This document shows positions 37,688 through 47,896 of a DNA stretch of 64,000 nt, piece by piece; position 1 is the first letter of the stretch, and every line of letters begins with the position of its first letter. This DNA comes from Candidatus Alkanophaga liquidiphilum (GTDB lineage Archaea > Halobacteriota > Syntropharchaeia > Alkanophagales > B39-G2). Location of the stretch: positions 21,399 to 85,398 of the forward strand of contig JAPHEF010000001.1 of the NCBI GenBank assembly GCA_029259535.1, read 5' to 3'. Made by a program: the position numbers and the translations under genes. The notes below the pieces were generated by a model. It saw only the letters and a program-made list of their open reading frames with translations, made no database searches and had not been told where the DNA came from.

Positions 37688-39052
37688 ATGCAAGCGGTGA
37701 TGAGCATCGCCGGTTCTGACAGTAGTGGCGGCGCTGGCGTGCAGGCGGACCTTCGGACATTTGCGGCGCTCGGCGTTTATGGCACTGCCGTGATAACGTC
37801 GGTGACAGCGCAGGATTCCGAGGGCGTGCGGCGTAGGGAAGACGTGAGTGTGGGGCTCGTGCGTGAGCAGATAGAGGCAGTTGTTGAGGACATAGGCGTG
37901 GATTTTGCAAAGACGGGCATGCTTGCGTCTTCGGCAATCGTGGAGTGCGTTGCGGAGGCGTTGCGTCGTTACGACGTGCCGTTCGTTCTTGATCCCGTGC
38001 TCGAAGCTGGCGCCGGCGGCACGCTCCTCGATGAAAGCGCCCTACCGACGCTCGTTGAGAAACTCCTGCCGCTCGCTGCTGTAACGACGCCGAACGTTGC
38101 GGAGGCGAGTGTTATTTCAGGCATTGAAATAACGGATGAAAAGAGCATGCGGGCGGCGGCGCTCCGCATCTACGAGCTTGGCGTTGAAGCCGTCGTGATA
38201 ACGGGGGGGCATTTCAACCGCAAAGGCGCCGACTTGCTCTACGACGGCGAGTTTTTAGAGCTACGAGGCGAAATCATACAAACCGCCGAGAGAATACACG
38301 GGGCAGGCTGCACGTTCTCAGCGGCGCTCGCTGCGGAACTTGCAAAGGGGCGAAGCCTACGAGAAGCAGTGGCAGCCGCAAAACGGTTTGTCACTACAGC
38401 AATCTCGGGGGGCTGGCAGCGTGTCGGTAGACGCGAAATGCTCGTCGTAGACCAGCTTTTCACGCTGCGAAAAGCAGAAAGCAAGCTTGATGCCATTAAG
38501 AGCGTTAAGACCGCTGTTAAGATGCTACGGCGCAGCGGGAGCTTCGTCAAACTCATACCCGAGGTCGGCGTTAACGTTGGGATGGCGGCAGTCGGCGCAG
38601 AGAGTGCGGCAGATGTCGCTGCTGTCTGCGGCAGGATACGACGGTGCGGCAACGAGATGGCGGCGGGCTGTGTGGAGCTCGGCGCCAGCGAGCACGTCGC
38701 AAGAGTCATACTGGCGGCGATGGAATTCAACGCTGAAATCAGGGCGGCGATGAACGTCCGCCTTTCTTCAGAAATTCTGGAGGCATGCCGCCAGCTTGGT
38801 TTAAAGCTCGCAAGCTTCTCAAGAGCTGAAGAGCCTACAGGCGTGAAAACTCTCGACTGGGGCGTCAGGGAGGCTGCTCGCCGCTGGCTTGCGTCGCAAC
38901 CGCAGACCACAACGAACTTCCCAGATGCCGTTTACGATTGGGGCGCTGAGGGCAAAGAGCCGATGCTGAGACTTTTTGGAAAGAACGCCGTCGAGGTTGC
39001 AGAAAGGGCTCTAAAGCTTTCCGAGATGCTCAGCCACGACAGAAAAACTTAA
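37688..39052 (+). CDS. thiDN: Bifunctional ThiD (HMP/HMP-P kinase) / ThiN (thiamine-phosphate synthase) fusion
   Basis: The N-terminal ThiD signature is MSIAGSDSSGGAGVQADLRT. The C-terminal ~180 aa form an archaeal ThiN-type domain. Confidence 0.8.
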   Translation: MQAVMSIAGSDSSGGAGVQADLRTFAALGVYGTAVITSVTAQDSEGVRRREDVSVGLVREQIEAVVEDIGVDFAKTGMLASSAIVECVAEALRRYDVPFVLDPVLEAGAGGTLLDESALPTLVEKLLPLAAVTTPNVAEASVISGIEITDEKSMRAAALRIYELGVEAVVITGGHFNRKGADLLYDGEFLELRGEIIQTAERIHGAGCTFSAALAAELAKGRSLREAVAAAKRFVTTAISGGWQRVGRREMLVVDQLFTLRKAESKLDAIKSVKTAVKMLRRSGSFVKLIPEVGVNVGMAAVGAESAADVAAVCGRIRRCGNEMAAGCVELGASEHVARVILAAMEFNAEIRAAMNVRLSSEILEACRQLGLKLASFSRAEEPTGVKTLDWGVREAARRWLASQPQTTTNFPDAVYDWGAEGKEPMLRLFGKNAVEVAERALKLSEMLSHDRKT

Positions 39053-39200
39053 CGAGAACAGGCTTGTGAGTCTTGCGAAGAAGGCTTCACCGCGCGAGTT
39101 GGATTGGAGCGACCATAGGCAAACATTCAGGCGTGCGTGAGGAGCGCTGTCGTGATGGGATAGTTTTTTAAATCTCGAGGTAAAAAGCAGAGAGCGTGAG

Positions 39201-39560
39201 ATGCCTTATAAATGGGACATCCAATGGGGGAAGAGTATGGAAGTCAGGGACATTTTGTTCTCGGCAGTTATGATATTTTCGGTATTCGTGCTGACATTCA
39301 GACTACTTTCGAAATACCACGACAAGGACGCTGTCGTCATACTTTCGGCGATGATGCTTATAACGATGCTGGCGCTGTTGCTCCTGAGCATAAGTGTGCA
39401 GCTAAGGAGGATGGAGGAGACGATAAATGCAAAGGAGCGCTCTTTAAGAACGAATGTAAGAAGCGTCGAGGAAAGCGTCGAGAAGCGACTGGACGCCGTC
39501 GTCGAAAGAGTAAACAGAGCTGTGGAAAAGATGGAGAGGGAAAGGAGATTTTATCGTTGA
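39201..39560 (+). CDS. Hypothetical small membrane / coiled-coil protein
   Basis: Two predicted TM helices are followed by a charged helical tail. No recognisable domain was found. Confidence 0.3.
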   Translation: MPYKWDIQWGKSMEVRDILFSAVMIFSVFVLTFRLLSKYHDKDAVVILSAMMLITMLALLLLSISVQLRRMEETINAKERSLRTNVRSVEESVEKRLDAVVERVNRAVEKMERERRFYR

Positions 39561-40894
39561 TCCGCCACTCTTGCATTTTCGGCAGCTTGCATGATGTGGT
39601 AAAATGCGGGGGGCGCCGTTAAAAGCGGATGCGTACCCACCTGCGCAGTCGCAGCTTCGTCCACCGTCATTCTTTTTCTTATCATTGTCCCTATAATGTT
39701 TGCGATCTCGCCCACCACGTAGCCACCGCTCAGCTGCCCGCCGATGACCGTCTCGGTCTTCGCATCGAACAGTAGCTTCATCCTTATCCTTTTTATCCCC
39801 GGCATCGTCGGCGGATGCTTGTCTGGAATTTCAACGCTGCCCACTACATATTTTATACCTTCTGCCTCTGCAGCCTTCTCGGTAAGACCCGAAACTGCGA
39901 GCGCAAGGTCGCCTATCGCCGTCGAAAACGTTCCTATGACGCCTTCGTTCCTCCTACGGAGCTTGAAGAGATTGGCGCCGGCAATCCTCGCCTCATAAGA
40001 ACCTATAGGTGCAAGCATCAGCATCGAAGGTTTATTAGTGAAGAAAGAGCGTTTGAATGCGCAGTCACCTACCGCAAATATGTCTTCGTCGCTCGTTCTC
40101 TGATATTCGTCAACGACGACGCCATAACGCTCGTCCACTTCGAGTCCTGCGTCCGTTGCGAGGCTGACTTCTTTCTTCAAACCAACAGTCACGACAACGA
40201 CATCCGCCTCCAGAACCTCGCCGCTGTCGAGTTTCACGCCTCTGACCCTACTCATCTCATCTCCCAAGATGCTCTCGACCTTACAGCCCGTGAAGACTTT
40301 TATGCCACGTTCTTTTAGCTTACTCTCTGCAAGCTCGCAGAATTCGTCGTCAAAAGCTGTTTGTAAGCAGTGTGGCATGAGCTCCACGATTGAGACCTCT
40401 AAGCCACGCTTGCGCAGCTCGTCGCCGAGCTCTACTCCCACGAAGCCCCCGCCTATTATCACAGCCTTCTTCTTCCCGCTTAACGCTTCCAGAAATCTCT
40501 TTATATACTCGTAGTTCTTCTCCACGAAGAAGACGTTCTTGAGGTCTGATCCCTCTATGGGTGGTTTTATAGGGGAGGAGCCAGTTGCGAGCACGAGCTT
40601 GTCATAGCTTATCTCCCTACCACCTGCTGTCTTCACAACTTTACGTTCTCGGTCTATTTTTGTCGCTGCGTCTATGACGAGGGACAAGCCCCGCTTCTTA
40701 TAACGCTCGTTGGAGAAAACGTCGTCATCCACACCTTTCAGCGTCCCGAAGATGTAAGGTATGCCGCAGGGCACCAGTGTCTTCTCCTCCCTCTTTACCA
40801 GCGTAACAGAGGCGTCCTTGTAGAAAATTTTAGCTGTAAATGCCGCCGGCGCCCCTGCCGCCGAACCCCCACCGATCACAACCACTCTTTTCAT
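39551..40894 (-). CDS. FAD-dependent pyridine nucleotide-disulfide oxidoreductase (NADH oxidase / CoA-disulfide reductase family)
   Basis: The N-terminal FAD motif is VVVIGGGSAAG. The single redox Cys context is LVPCGIPY. A second Rossmann motif is AVIIGGGFVG. Length is 447 aa. Confidence 0.75.
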   Translation of the reverse strand: MKRVVVIGGGSAAGAPAAFTAKIFYKDASVTLVKREEKTLVPCGIPYIFGTLKGVDDDVFSNERYKKRGLSLVIDAATKIDRERKVVKTAGGREISYDKLVLATGSSPIKPPIEGSDLKNVFFVEKNYEYIKRFLEALSGKKKAVIIGGGFVGVELGDELRKRGLEVSIVELMPHCLQTAFDDEFCELAESKLKERGIKVFTGCKVESILGDEMSRVRGVKLDSGEVLEADVVVVTVGLKKEVSLATDAGLEVDERYGVVVDEYQRTSDEDIFAVGDCAFKRSFFTNKPSMLMLAPIGSYEARIAGANLFKLRRRNEGVIGTFSTAIGDLALAVSGLTEKAAEAEGIKYVVGSVEIPDKHPPTMPGIKRIRMKLLFDAKTETVIGGQLSGGYVVGEIANIIGTMIRKRMTVDEAATAQVGTHPLLTAPPAFYHIMQAAENARVADQR

Positions 40895-40949
40895 GCTACT
40901 ACATAGTTTTTACAGAAAAAGAATTAGCTTCCCACGACTCGCTTTTTTC

Positions 40950-41640
40950 GCTGAGAGCAATGCACGGGTCAGCCATGTATTCATTGCAAAAGCCAATCTT
41001 CTTCATAAACTTTGAAGCGAGGGACAACCACCGTGGTGGAGGAATGCCGCTCTCACTTCCGTTATTAATGCACCTCGACATAGATGTGAGTTGCAAAAAG
41101 CGTAACGGTGAAGGTTTCGCCGAAGATTAACGTGCCCATTCCTGCCGTCTTAAATTTTTTACAACAGCAGTTAGGCGCTTGCTCGCCTCTACTACGCTTA
41201 CGTGCTTGAGCGTGGCTTGCACGAGCGGCGAGATCGCTGCTAAAGACGTGAAGAGCATTCTGCACGAGGCGCTTTACGAGCAAGTGCGGGAGACTTTTTG
41301 CCTTGGGAGTCAGAGCGTCTAGGAAATCAGGGACGTGGTCGTAGAAGCTTTCAACTCATGGACGCTGCTTCACAGGAAGTGTCGAATTTGCGATTGAGCA
41401 CGACGCCATGATTGCTCTCGAACGCTTTGATATCAAGCCAAAAAGGGGCGTGCTGGGAAGGATTTACGTTAGAATGGTGTCAGCGAGCCGGACTCCGAGC
41501 GCTGCCGTTTCTGTGAGGCGGAAGGTTTGCGGCGAGGGGCGATTTTCAAGTGCTGCCGCTGCGGACGCGCCTACGATGCCGACTTTAATGCAGCGTGTAA
41601 ACCCGCCCTCGGGCGAACGCCCGTAAAGCCATCGGTTTCA
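40950..41640 (+). mobile_element. Decayed IS200/IS605-family TnpB (OrfB) remnant, with multiple frameshifts and truncation
   Basis: Fragments in different frames match TnpB. The RuvC-II region is ...HDAMIALE.. and the C-terminal zinc finger with RuvC-III is FKCCRCGRAYDADFNAA. No intact ORF, TnpA or obvious ends were found. Confidence 0.5.
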
Positions 41641-41713
41641 ACAGGTGGTTGTTTGCTTGCCAAAGTTTTGCATTATCCCGGCAACGCATACGCTTGCTCT
41701 TATCTAAATTCTC

Positions 41714-43447
41714 GTGCTCAATTATGAGTTAAGGATGAATGTCATCATACTTGACGGCTATGTGGACGAGCCAACATGCCTGGGAGTGCCACCATATATT
41801 AGTCCTTATGTGCGTTACGCCGCCGGCGCCGCTCTGAAAACTGCCAAAGAGCTTTGTTTAGACTTAAAACTTTTATACTTCACGATCGACCAGCTACGGA
41901 GCGGCGTGGGCTTTAAAGAGATTATAAAAGCTGACTTGCTTGTAGTCATTTGCGGAACGGCGGTTCCGGGCAAGTATTTAGGTGGGACGCCAGCGTCCTC
42001 CTCAGAGCTTGCGAGGCTATTGAGCGGCGTGGAGCGTCCCGTGAAAGTGCTGGGCGGTCCTGCTGCGAAGTTCGGCTTTGGGACAGGGGGCGGGCGGCGT
42101 GCTGCCGCCGTTCCAGAGGGCGTGTTCGACATCGTTGCGACCGGCGACGTCGAGTTCGTCATTTCGCAACTCATTGCAGAGCGCCTGAGCGTGGAGCGTG
42201 TGGCGCCCGAAGAACATCGTGAAAGCGTCTCACAAATAAGAAATTTTGCTATTTACGGCGCCGAAATAGTAAGGCAGCACCCGAACTTTCCGCACATCAT
42301 CGCAGAGCTTGAGACGTATCGGGGCTGCGCCCGCTCGCTCGTCGGTGGCTGTTCCTTTTGCGTGGAGCCGAACAAGGGGTTACCAGATTTCAGACCCGTA
42401 GAGGACGTCGTTGACGAAGTCGCAGCGCTTTACAAAGTGGGCGTGCGGCACTTCCGCTTTGGGAGCCAGCCATGTTTGTTTTCATATATGGCAGAAGGCG
42501 TCGGCGAGCTTGAGTTCCCTAAGCCCAACTCTGAGGCGTTGGAGCGTCTTTACAGGGGAATAAGAGCCGTGGCGCCAAAGCTCAGAACGCTGCACATGGA
42601 CAACGCAAATCCCGGAACGCTCGCTGCATATCCCGAAGAGTGTCGAAGAATTGCAAAAATCATCGTGAAATACCACACAGCGGGAGATGTCGTCGCTCTC
42701 GGCGTTGAAAGCGCTGACCCCGAGGTCGTTCGTAGAAACAACCTTAAAGCAATGCCTGAGGACTGCATGAAAGCGATTGAGTTGCTGAATGAGGTTGGCG
42801 CACGAAGGGGTGAGAATGGGCTTCCTGAGCTTTTACCTGGTGTTAATTTCGTTTTTGGACTGCTTGGCGAGACGAAAAAAACTTATGAGCTTAACTATGA
42901 GTTTTTACGTGAGGTTTTGGAGAGGAGGTTGCTGCTACGCCGCATAAACCTGCGTCAGGTGATGATTTTCCCGACGACGCGGATGGCGAAGGTCGGCGAT
43001 AGGATAATGCGGCGGCACAAGCGCCTGTTCAGGAGCTTCAAGCGGCGGGTGCGTGAGGAGATAGACCGGGAGATGCTAAAGCGGGTCGTGCCTCGTGGCG
43101 TCGTCCTGCGGGACGTGCTGACTGAAATGCATGAAGGTAAAACGACCTTCGGGCGGCAACTCGGCACTTACCCCCTCCTCGTGGGCATTCCTGGCGTTTA
43201 CGAGCTGCGCCGCTTCCTCGATGTGAAAGTTGTAGATTACGGCTTCAGGTCGATCACCGCCGTTCCGTTCCCGCTGGACGTGAATACCGCACCAAAAGAG
43301 ACTTTAATGGCGCTACCCGGCGTCGGCGAGCGCAGGGCGGCTGCTATCGAGCGGAAAAGACCGTTTAAAAGCGTAGAGGATTTTGTGAGCGCCTTTGATG
43401 ACAAAGCCGTAGGTGAAAAGCTGCGGGAATACGTGAAGGTGCTTTAA
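41714..43447 (+). CDS. Radical-SAM-like protein with N-terminal Rossmann-like domain, non-canonical Cys motif and C-terminal helix-hairpin-helix
   Basis: The Cys triad is GCARSLVGGCSFC (Cx7Cx2C) rather than Cx3Cx2C. The C-terminal HhH is LMALPGVGERRAAAIERKRPFKSVEDF. Confidence 0.45.
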   Translation: MLNYELRMNVIILDGYVDEPTCLGVPPYISPYVRYAAGAALKTAKELCLDLKLLYFTIDQLRSGVGFKEIIKADLLVVICGTAVPGKYLGGTPASSSELARLLSGVERPVKVLGGPAAKFGFGTGGGRRAAAVPEGVFDIVATGDVEFVISQLIAERLSVERVAPEEHRESVSQIRNFAIYGAEIVRQHPNFPHIIAELETYRGCARSLVGGCSFCVEPNKGLPDFRPVEDVVDEVAALYKVGVRHFRFGSQPCLFSYMAEGVGELEFPKPNSEALERLYRGIRAVAPKLRTLHMDNANPGTLAAYPEECRRIAKIIVKYHTAGDVVALGVESADPEVVRRNNLKAMPEDCMKAIELLNEVGARRGENGLPELLPGVNFVFGLLGETKKTYELNYEFLREVLERRLLLRRINLRQVMIFPTTRMAKVGDRIMRRHKRLFRSFKRRVREEIDREMLKRVVPRGVVLRDVLTEMHEGKTTFGRQLGTYPLLVGIPGVYELRRFLDVKVVDYGFRSITAVPFPLDVNTAPKETLMALPGVGERRAAAIERKRPFKSVEDFVSAFDDKAVGEKLREYVKVL

Positions 43448-43455
43448 TAAGTGGG

Positions 43456-44916
43456 ATGGGGTTACTTACATGCGCTCTTGCCACTGGAGAACAAATAGCA
43501 AGTAAGATTCTCATGAAGCAAAAAGGTTACCTAATGCTTTCAGGATTTTTCGAGCCGCGGGGCGTAGTTGTCGTCGGGGCTTCGAGGAATCCGGGGAAGG
43601 GCGGCTACACTGTCGTCGAAAATTTCGTCAAAACTGGATTCAAGGACAAAGTCTTCCCGATAAACCCGCACGCCTCCGAAATTCTTGGCGTCCGTGCGTA
43701 TAAAAGCGTCAAAGACGTCCCTAAGGGCGTAGCCGACCTTGCTTTAATCCTCGTGCCTGCGGAAGCCGTGCCAACGGCGTTACATGAGTGTGGAGAGTGT
43801 GGCATTAAGAACGTGATTATCGAGTCGGGCGGCTTTGCCGAAGTCGGCAACCACGAACTCGAAAGGGAAGTCGTAAGCACTGCAAAGCGCTACGGCATAC
43901 GAGTCATGGGCCCCAATAGCATAGGCGTCGTGAACACGAGCAGCGGGCTTTTCACACCATACGTCTCGCTTCTGCAAATTAGAGGGGGCGGCGTTGCGTT
44001 CGTCGGACAAACAGGGCTTTTCGCAAGCGTCTTCTTGGAATATTTCAACGAGCGTCACATCGGCATCAGCAAAATCGTCTGCCTTGGGAACAAGTGCGAC
44101 GTGGACGAAGCTGACCTCCTCGAATATCTCGGCAACGACCCTGAAACGAAGGTTATCTGTATGTATATAGAGGGGGTGCGGGATGACAGGAGACTTATGA
44201 CGCTCGCCAAGAGAATCTCAAAGCAGAAGCCTATAATTGTTTTAAAAGCCGGCAGAACGGAGCTCGGGCGGAAGGCGGCGGCGTCGCACACCGGCACGCT
44301 GGCAGGCGACGACAAAATCTACGACGCGGCGTTCAAACAATGCGGCATCATCAGAGTCTCGTATTTCGAGGAACTTTTCGACGTTGCGAAGGCGTTTGCG
44401 TCGCAGCCGCTACCAAACGGGAAAAACGTTGGAATCATCACCGTAACGGGCGCCGGGGGCGTCACCGCCGCCGATTATTGCATGGAACGCGGGCTGGAGC
44501 TACCCTCACTCTCGAAGAGAACTTTAGAGGGGGTAAAAAGAGTGTTTCCGGAATGGGCAAGCCTAGGAAACCCGCTGGACGTGTGGGTTGCCGTGGAGGC
44601 AAGTGGCATGGAGCGGACATACGAGGCTACGACGAGGGCTTTAGTCGAGGACGAAAATGTGGACGCGTTAATAGTGGTGCTGGCGGCTGTAAGTTGGACT
44701 GCTACCGACGTGAAAATATTTAAGAACTTGGGCGAGGAATGCATGCGTCGCGGCAAGTCCTTCCTATTTGTGTCGCTCCTCGGCGAGTATCAGATTTTTA
44801 AGCGGTGCGTGGAGACGCTTGAGCCCGAAATACCCGTTTTTCCGACCGTGGAAAGAGCGGTGCGCGCCTTGGCGGCGCTCGTCGAATACAGGGATTACGT
44901 CATGGCGTCACGCTAA
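43456..44916 (+). CDS. acdA: Acetyl-CoA synthetase (ADP-forming) alpha subunit / CoA-binding domain protein
   Basis: The CoA-binding N-terminal is PRGVVVVGASRNPGKGGY. A succinyl-CoA-synthetase-like flavodoxin domain is present. Length is ~460-485 aa. The exact start is ambiguous. Confidence 0.75.
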   Translation: MGLLTCALATGEQIASKILMKQKGYLMLSGFFEPRGVVVVGASRNPGKGGYTVVENFVKTGFKDKVFPINPHASEILGVRAYKSVKDVPKGVADLALILVPAEAVPTALHECGECGIKNVIIESGGFAEVGNHELEREVVSTAKRYGIRVMGPNSIGVVNTSSGLFTPYVSLLQIRGGGVAFVGQTGLFASVFLEYFNERHIGISKIVCLGNKCDVDEADLLEYLGNDPETKVICMYIEGVRDDRRLMTLAKRISKQKPIIVLKAGRTELGRKAAASHTGTLAGDDKIYDAAFKQCGIIRVSYFEELFDVAKAFASQPLPNGKNVGIITVTGAGGVTAADYCMERGLELPSLSKRTLEGVKRVFPEWASLGNPLDVWVAVEASGMERTYEATTRALVEDENVDALIVVLAAVSWTATDVKIFKNLGEECMRRGKSFLFVSLLGEYQIFKRCVETLEPEIPVFPTVERAVRALAALVEYRDYVMASR

Positions 44917-44985
44917 CGCGGTTGGGAAAAGCAACGAATCGCAACGAGCACAATTTTTTTAAGCACCGCTGCGAATGGATGATTA

Positions 44986-45459
44986 ATGACGACGGTGTAT
45001 GATGTTCCGCAAGACAAGCTCGTTCAGTTAGCAGCGGAAAAACTGAAGAGGGGGAAGGGAATAGCGCCGCCGAAGTGGGCAGCGTTCGTCAAAGGCGGCA
45101 TCTCCAACGAGTTACCACCACAGCAGGAGGACTGGTGGTGGACACGTTGCGCCTCGGTGCTCCGGCAGATTTACATCCACGGTCCGGTAGGTGTTTCTCG
45201 CCTCCGCACTTATTACGGCGGAAAACGTCGCAGAGGCGTCAAACCCCCACATTTCAGAAAAGGCTCCGGGAAAATCGTGAGAGAAGTGCTGCAGCAGCTC
45301 GAAAGAGCGGGACTCGTGATAAAAACCAAGAAGGGCAGGAAAATCTCGCCGAAGGGGCAGGCTTTCCTTGACAACGTCGCCTACGAGCTTAAGCTGATGC
45401 TTGAGACTGAAGGGGCAAAGACCGTCGAGAAGGCTGAGGCGGTGGCAGGTGAGGCGTGA
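44986..45459 (+). CDS. rps19e: Ribosomal protein eS19 (S19e)
   Basis: The sequence is an S19e-like basic protein, [11 protein letters not shown]....[21 protein letters not shown]. Confidence 0.85.
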   Translation: MTTVYDVPQDKLVQLAAEKLKRGKGIAPPKWAAFVKGGISNELPPQQEDWWWTRCASVLRQIYIHGPVGVSRLRTYYGGKRRRGVKPPHFRKGSGKIVREVLQQLERAGLVIKTKKGRKISPKGQAFLDNVAYELKLMLETEGAKTVEKAEAVAGEA

Positions 45460-45794
45460 TGTCCGACGAAGAACTCGAGCTCCTGCGACGGCAAAGGATG
45501 CAGCGTCTCATGCAGGCGCAGATAGAGGCTCAGCGGGAAGAAGAGGCTCGTAAGGAGTTTGAAGAACGAAAACGCCTCATCCTGCGGCAAATATTAACAT
45601 CGAGCGCTAGAGAGCGACTTAACACCATAAGAATGACACGCCCAGAGCTCGTCGAGCACATAGAAAATCAGTTAGTGCTCCTAGCGCAGAGTGGCAGGAT
45701 AAGGGGGATGATAAATGACGAGCAGCTGAAGGAAATATTGCGTCAACTAATGCCGAAAAAGCGAGAAATAACCATTAGGAGAATAAGTAAGTGA
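45456..45794 (+). CDS. PDCD5/TFAR19-like double-stranded DNA-binding protein
   Basis: The 112 aa sequence ([19 protein letters not shown]...[24 protein letters not shown]...) matches the MTH1615/PDCD5 family. It overlaps rps19e by 4 nt, a gene pairing that is conserved. Confidence 0.7.
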   Translation: MMSDEELELLRRQRMQRLMQAQIEAQREEEARKEFEERKRLILRQILTSSARERLNTIRMTRPELVEHIENQLVLLAQSGRIRGMINDEQLKEILRQLMPKKREITIRRISK

Positions 45795-47341
45795 AAATGA
45801 CTGAATTTAACCTCGAAAAGTATGAGCCAATTCCTGTGGTTTATGAGTTGAGGTATTCGATTCTGAAGAGATTGAGAGCGGGAGAGGACGTTCTGAGCCT
45901 GATTCCCGACATCGACGGCAGAGAGGAGACGAAAAGGGATGTGATACGAGCTATATTATCGGGAGCGAGTCCCTTTTTGGTTTCTGAAGAGGGAACTGGT
46001 AAGACGAGGCTCGCGAAGTCCTTAACGAAGCTCCTTTACAAGGTGCCTGCGATAAAGGGCTGCCCGTATCACGACGACCCGAAGTGGAGCAAGGAGTGGC
46101 TCTGCCCTCGCTGCGCAGAGAGCGAAAATCCGGCGGAGGAGTTCGGTATAGAATTTATATCACCGGAGGAGCGGTTTTCGAGAATTCAAGGCAATGAATA
46201 CACAAATTTCGCAAAAATACTCGGCGTCAAGGACATTCAGGTGATAAGGGAGGGGAAAAGTCCGACAGACCCTAAGGTGTTTACGGGAACTGGCATATTC
46301 AGGGGGAACCGTGGCATCGTCTTTGTGGACGAGCTACCAGCAATCCCGACGAACGTCCAAGTCCTCTTCCACCCCATCTTAGAAGAAGGCAAGGTAATAC
46401 TGGAAGAATTTAACCTTGTGAAGCCCGTGGATATTTTTTTGGTAGCTACAGGCAACCCGGAAGGCTTCGCTCATGTTAATAAGATTCCAAGACCGCTCCT
46501 TGACCGCCTTGAGATGATTTACATGGGGTTGCCTGAGGAGGAAGTCGAAAAGGAGATAATGCTAAAGGAGAAGTTTAGGGTGGTTCCCGAATACTACACC
46601 CAAACTATCTGGGGGGAAGATGAGAAAGAGGTAATTTCTGCGGACGTGCGTGAGTTGGAGCGTGACGCTGCGCTGCCGTGGTGGATAATTGAAGTCATAA
46701 AGAAGACAGTGAGTTACACGAGGAAGTGTCCGAACCTCGAAAAGGGCGTGAGCATCCGTGGCGGCAAGCGGGCAATAGACCACGCATATGCGAGCGTGGA
46801 GATGCGGTGTGGAGAGGTTGCAAACCTTCGAGATGCTTGCGACGGGCTTAAGCTCTCGCTACGTGGTAGGATTTTTGTTCGCCCCGACTTAATAGATGTG
46901 GAGGGGGAGACGCAAAAATCCTTTGAGAGGATTGACCTGATAGTCGAAGACATAATGAAGTATGCGGTAGGGAGCGTTAGCGCTGAAATCTGGGAGAAAA
47001 TTCAGGACCTGAGCATGTGGTTGCAGGATGAAATTATCCAAGTTGCTAAAGGTCTCGTTACGAGGAACACTCCTCTCTTAAGCTCCTTGGAGCAGTGCGA
47101 CGCCCTCGGAGAGGCGGTGCAGCGGCTTAGCTCCCTCGCCGTCGGCAGGGTGGACGAGACGCTCCTCAATGAAAAAGAGCGTATGCTTGTGTATAGGGCG
47201 AAGACGCTCAGCGGACGGCTTGCCGACGAGTATCTCTTCTCCGCCGTCGAGTTCTTAGCGAACGTCGCCGCCATGCACGGGCTCGTTGAAGAAAACGAGA
47301 TCTTGGAGGCTTTCTTCGTGCCGAGAAGCTTCAAGCTTTAG
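45791..47341 (+). CDS. AAA+ ATPase of the Mg-chelatase ChlI/BchI-like (MoxR-related) family with Cys4 insertion
   Basis: Walker A is [14 protein letters not shown], followed by a Cys insert [18 protein letters not shown] as in ChlI. Walker B is IVFVDELP. It overlaps the PDCD5-like gene by 4 nt. Confidence 0.6.
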   Translation: MKMTEFNLEKYEPIPVVYELRYSILKRLRAGEDVLSLIPDIDGREETKRDVIRAILSGASPFLVSEEGTGKTRLAKSLTKLLYKVPAIKGCPYHDDPKWSKEWLCPRCAESENPAEEFGIEFISPEERFSRIQGNEYTNFAKILGVKDIQVIREGKSPTDPKVFTGTGIFRGNRGIVFVDELPAIPTNVQVLFHPILEEGKVILEEFNLVKPVDIFLVATGNPEGFAHVNKIPRPLLDRLEMIYMGLPEEEVEKEIMLKEKFRVVPEYYTQTIWGEDEKEVISADVRELERDAALPWWIIEVIKKTVSYTRKCPNLEKGVSIRGGKRAIDHAYASVEMRCGEVANLRDACDGLKLSLRGRIFVRPDLIDVEGETQKSFERIDLIVEDIMKYAVGSVSAEIWEKIQDLSMWLQDEIIQVAKGLVTRNTPLLSSLEQCDALGEAVQRLSSLAVGRVDETLLNEKERMLVYRAKTLSGRLADEYLFSAVEFLANVAAMHGLVEENEILEAFFVPRSFKL

Positions 47342-47346
47342 CCGCC

Positions 47347-47895
47347 ATGCCGCAGTATAAAATCATAGAGCTCGGCAAAGAAGACGCCGAAGATTTGGAG
47401 CGGCTTTTCAAAGAGGTCTGGCCACGAGCTTACGAGTATCCTGAGGGCTGGCGACGGAAACGCACGATGAGCGCCGAGCAGATAAAAAAGGAAATGGACG
47501 AAGGTTACCACTATTTCGGCGTCAGGGTCGGCGGGCGGCTCGTAGGCGCCTACAAAGCTAAAATCACGGAGCGTGGCTGCTTCGGCGAGCAGCAATCCGT
47601 CCTCCCTGAGTTTTGCGGCAAGGGTGTTGCGTCTGCCATGTATGAGCAGTTCATCGAGTTCGCCCGCTGCAACAAGTGCAAGGTGAATTACGTGAACATT
47701 CTTGTCGGGCAGAAGTCCGGAGAGCGGCTCGTCCAAAAGTTCGGCTTCCGCCGCGTCGGAGAACCTTACGAGCAGTATCCGGGGATGCTCGTCCAGATGT
47801 GGGAGCGGGAGGTCGAAGGCGTCGTCGATGACGAAGCGGCAGCGAGCGCAGAAGCCGGTGCTGCGGTGTCGGGGGCAACGCATGAAAAAACGTGA
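47347..47895 (+). CDS. GNAT-family N-acetyltransferase
   Basis: The acetyl-CoA binding motif A-like segment is VLPEFCGKGVASAMYEQFIEFAR. Length is ~180 aa. Confidence 0.65.
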   Translation: MPQYKIIELGKEDAEDLERLFKEVWPRAYEYPEGWRRKRTMSAEQIKKEMDEGYHYFGVRVGGRLVGAYKAKITERGCFGEQQSVLPEFCGKGVASAMYEQFIEFARCNKCKVNYVNILVGQKSGERLVQKFGFRRVGEPYEQYPGMLVQMWEREVEGVVDDEAAASAEAGAAVSGATHEKT

Positions 47896-47896
47896 G

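Noticed and set aside
38239-38910. 223-aa minus-strand ORF inside thiDN
   Set aside because: Antisense, Ser/Ala/Thr-rich shadow frame.
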